A stretch of 64,000 bases of DNA from an uncultured Pelagibacteraceae bacterium. Its GTDB lineage: Bacteria > Pseudomonadota > Alphaproteobacteria > Pelagibacterales > Pelagibacteraceae. The translations under genes and the position numbers were made by a program. The stretch's first letter is position 1. Each line of letters opens with the position of its first letter. The notes under the pieces are model-generated. The model made no database searches. It was given only the letters and a program-made list of their open reading frames with translations, and was not told the origin of the DNA. The stretch covers positions 32,831 through 96,830 of the forward strand of contig CACHWN010000001.1 in NCBI GenBank assembly GCA_902583585.1. The letters are read 5' to 3'. Below are positions 61,772-64,000 of this stretch, piece by piece.

Positions 61772-63091
61772 ATGAGATCAATATTTATTTTATCTATTAT
61801 TATATATTTGTCGTCATGTTCCTTCGATAATAAATCTGGGATCTGGATGAGTGAAAATCGAAATCTAAAAAAAAAAGATTCTACTAAATTTGAAACATTA
61901 GTCACATCGAAAGAGATTTTTAATAAAATTATCATGCACAAAAAAAACTTAACTTTTGAGAATCTGAAAAACAAAAGGAATATAAACTGGCCTGATATTT
62001 TTTATAATGAAAGTAACAATAATGAAAATTTAAGCTATAAAAATAAAAACAACTTATTACTTAAAAGTAAAAAACTTACAAGAAGCAAAGTAGGGGAATT
62101 TTTTTTATTCAACAAAGGTAATTTAATTTTGAGTGATATCAAAGGTAATTTAATAGTATATTCTCTAAAGGATAAGAGAGAAAAAGCAAAATTTAATTTT
62201 TATAAAAAAAGATTTAAAAAATTTGATAAAAATCTAAATATATCAACAAATGACGATAATATTTATGTTTCTGATAATTTAGGTTTTTTATATGCTTACA
62301 ATTACGAAAAAAATAAAATTTTGTGGGCAAAAAACTATAAGATACCTTTTAGATCAAATTTAAAAATTTATGATAATAAATTAATTGGTGCTGATCAAAG
62401 TAACAATTTATATTTTTTTGATTTGTATTCAGGTGAAGTAATAAAAAAGATTCCAACAGAGGAAACTGTTTTAAAAAATAAATTTACAAATAACTTATCT
62501 GCAAATGAAAATAAAATTTTTTATTTAAATACTTATGGATCATTGTACGCACTTAATAAAGACACCGCTAGAATAAATTGGTTTTTAAATTTAAATCAAT
62601 CAGAAGATATTAATCCAAGTAACTTGTTCATTAGCAATCAAATCGTGAATAATGGTGATCAAATTGTGATTAGTTCAGACAAAGATACTTATATAATTGA
62701 TACTGAAACAGGAAGAGTGAATTACAAACAAAACTTTTCATCAGTTATTAAACCTATATTAACAAAAAAACATCTTTTTTTAATAACCAAAAACAATTTA
62801 TTAGTTTCAGTAGATCTTGAAAATTATGAGATTGTTTATTCATATGATTTAAATGATGAAATAGCAAAATATCTCAACGTGAAAAAAAAATCTGCGGAAT
62901 TTCAATCAATGATGATTGCTGATAATCACTTGTATATATTTTTAAAAAACTCTTTTTATTTAAAACTTAATTTTTATGGAGAAATACAAAGTGTTCAAAA
63001 ATTATCTTCAAAAATTAAAACATATCCAATTTTTGTAGACAACTCTTTAATATTTATAAATAACAAAAATAAATTAATTGTTATTGATTAA
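61772..63091 (+). CDS. PQQ-type beta-propeller lipoprotein (BamB-like)
   Basis: Lipobox LSSC, repeated G.LYA...G..W blades; panB-yfgM-bamB order. Confidence 0.7.
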   Translation: MRSIFILSIIIYLSSCSFDNKSGIWMSENRNLKKKDSTKFETLVTSKEIFNKIIMHKKNLTFENLKNKRNINWPDIFYNESNNNENLSYKNKNNLLLKSKKLTRSKVGEFFLFNKGNLILSDIKGNLIVYSLKDKREKAKFNFYKKRFKKFDKNLNISTNDDNIYVSDNLGFLYAYNYEKNKILWAKNYKIPFRSNLKIYDNKLIGADQSNNLYFFDLYSGEVIKKIPTEETVLKNKFTNNLSANENKIFYLNTYGSLYALNKDTARINWFLNLNQSEDINPSNLFISNQIVNNGDQIVISSDKDTYIIDTETGRVNYKQNFSSVIKPILTKKHLFLITKNNLLVSVDLENYEIVYSYDLNDEIAKYLNVKKKSAEFQSMMIADNHLYIFLKNSFYLKLNFYGEIQSVQKLSSKIKTYPIFVDNSLIFINNKNKLIVID

Positions 63092-64000
63092 TTGTTTGAT
63101 TTACCGCTTAATAATGATAGCTGTTTAATTTTAAATCCTTCTAGGCTGTCAGTTGGTTTGATTGGATAATCACCAGTAAAATAATGGTCGCTAAATTGGG
63201 GATAATTATTATTTCTCTCATTACCTGTCAGAGCATTGTATAAACCATTTAAGCTTAAAAATTTTAGACTTTTAGCTTTAATATAACCACACATTTCCTC
63301 ATTGGTTCTATTATGTGCTAGCAACTCTTCTTTTGTGGGCATATCCACACCATAAAAATCTGGGTATTTTATTTCTGGGCAAGCGATTCTAACATGAACT
63401 TCATTAGCCCCAGCTTCATAAAGCATTTTTACAATTTTTAAACATGTTGTGCCTCTAACAAGAGAGTCATCGATGAGAATAATCCTCTTATTCTTAACAA
63501 TGGTTTTTGTTGAACTAAGTTTTAATTTAACACCTAGACTTCTAATATTTTGAGATGGTTCAATAAAAGTTCTGCCTACATAGTGATTTCTTATCAATCC
63601 AAGCTCAAATTTTTTCTTCGCTTGAACAGCATACCCTAGTGCTGCTGGAACACCTGAGTCCGGAACTGGTACAACTAAATCCGCATTTATATCGGTTTCT
63701 TTTGCGAGTTCATAACCTAATTTTTTTCTATATTCATAAGCACATTTTCCCTCAATCAAACTGTCCGGTCTTGTAAAATAAATATATTCAAATACACAAG
63801 GACGAGATTTTTGTTTTGGAAAAGGTTTTATACTTTTAATTTTTTCATCTTCTATGAAAACTATTTCACCGTTTTCCACTTCTCTTATAAATGTTGCACC
63901 TACAATGTCTAGGGCGCAGGTTTCAGACGCAAAAATATATGAATTTTTTAATTTCCCAATTACCAAAGGCCTTATTCCAAAAGGGTCTCTAACACCTACT
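63088..64000 (-). CDS. purF: Amidophosphoribosyltransferase (5' end outside window)
   Basis: Frame is open to the window edge (VRDPFGIRPL); CVFEYIYF, VPDSG, DDSLVRGTT, YGVDMP. Confidence 0.96.
   Translation of the reverse strand, partial: VGVRDPFGIRPLVIGKLKNSYIFASETCALDIVGATFIREVENGEIVFIEDEKIKSIKPFPKQKSRPCVFEYIYFTRPDSLIEGKCAYEYRKKLGYELAKETDINADLVVPVPDSGVPAALGYAVQAKKKFELGLIRNHYVGRTFIEPSQNIRSLGVKLKLSSTKTIVKNKRIILIDDSLVRGTTCLKIVKMLYEAGANEVHVRIACPEIKYPDFYGVDMPTKEELLAHNRTNEEMCGYIKAKSLKFLSLNGLYNALTGNERNNNYPQFSDHYFTGDYPIKPTDSLEGFKIKQLSLLSGKSNN

Noticed and set aside
2681-61974. Many 60-140 aa ORFs in the track antisense to or nested in core genes (e.g. 8236-8598, 15016-15318, 27814-28218, 33164-33496, 39748-39999, 56850-57269)
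   Set aside because: They overlap well-supported genes entirely or almost entirely, mostly start at TTG/GTG-type codons and show no motifs; these are typical shadow ORFs.
1-64000. CRISPR arrays, IS elements, prophage genes, rRNA, att-site duplications of the tRNA 3' ends
   Set aside because: By eye I saw no regularly spaced repeats, transposase or integrase motifs, phage structural genes or duplicated tRNA ends; short degenerate repeats could have been missed without computation.

Overview
AT-rich, very compact alphaproteobacterial chromosome segment with short or overlapping intergenic spaces. Gene content and order point to SAR11/Pelagibacterales; this is inferred from recognised protein families and synteny, not from a database search. 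Most of the window is core genome: tolB-pal-cpoB-tilS-ftsH-folP-glmM-thiD-purA, rpoH, rluD, xseB-ispA-dxs, aroC, pdxH, ispB, glyQS, ppdK, nadAC, ygfZ, pyrC, prpE, proteorhodopsin-fdx-FNR-GST, dksA, tolC, recA, aldehyde dehydrogenase, alaS, icd, psd-pssA, rlmE, guaBA, panB, bamB-like and purF. Two tRNAs were read directly: Arg(UCG) and Leu(GAG). Each is followed by a convergent cassette that looks surface-chemistry related. The first is a sua5-ABC2-dioxygenase-FkbM-GT17 operon. The second is a minimal phosphonate biosynthesis cassette (cytidylyltransferase-fused PepM, Ppd, Fe-ADH) predicted to make 2-hydroxyethylphosphonate or its CMP-activated form, with no acceptor transferase beside it. Other notable items are unannotated small membrane ORFs, a structured proteorhodopsin leader, a bidirectional -10 element for two leaderless genes, an alphaproteobacterial SOS box and a missing nadB. 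No CRISPR array, rRNA, integrase or transposase was seen.
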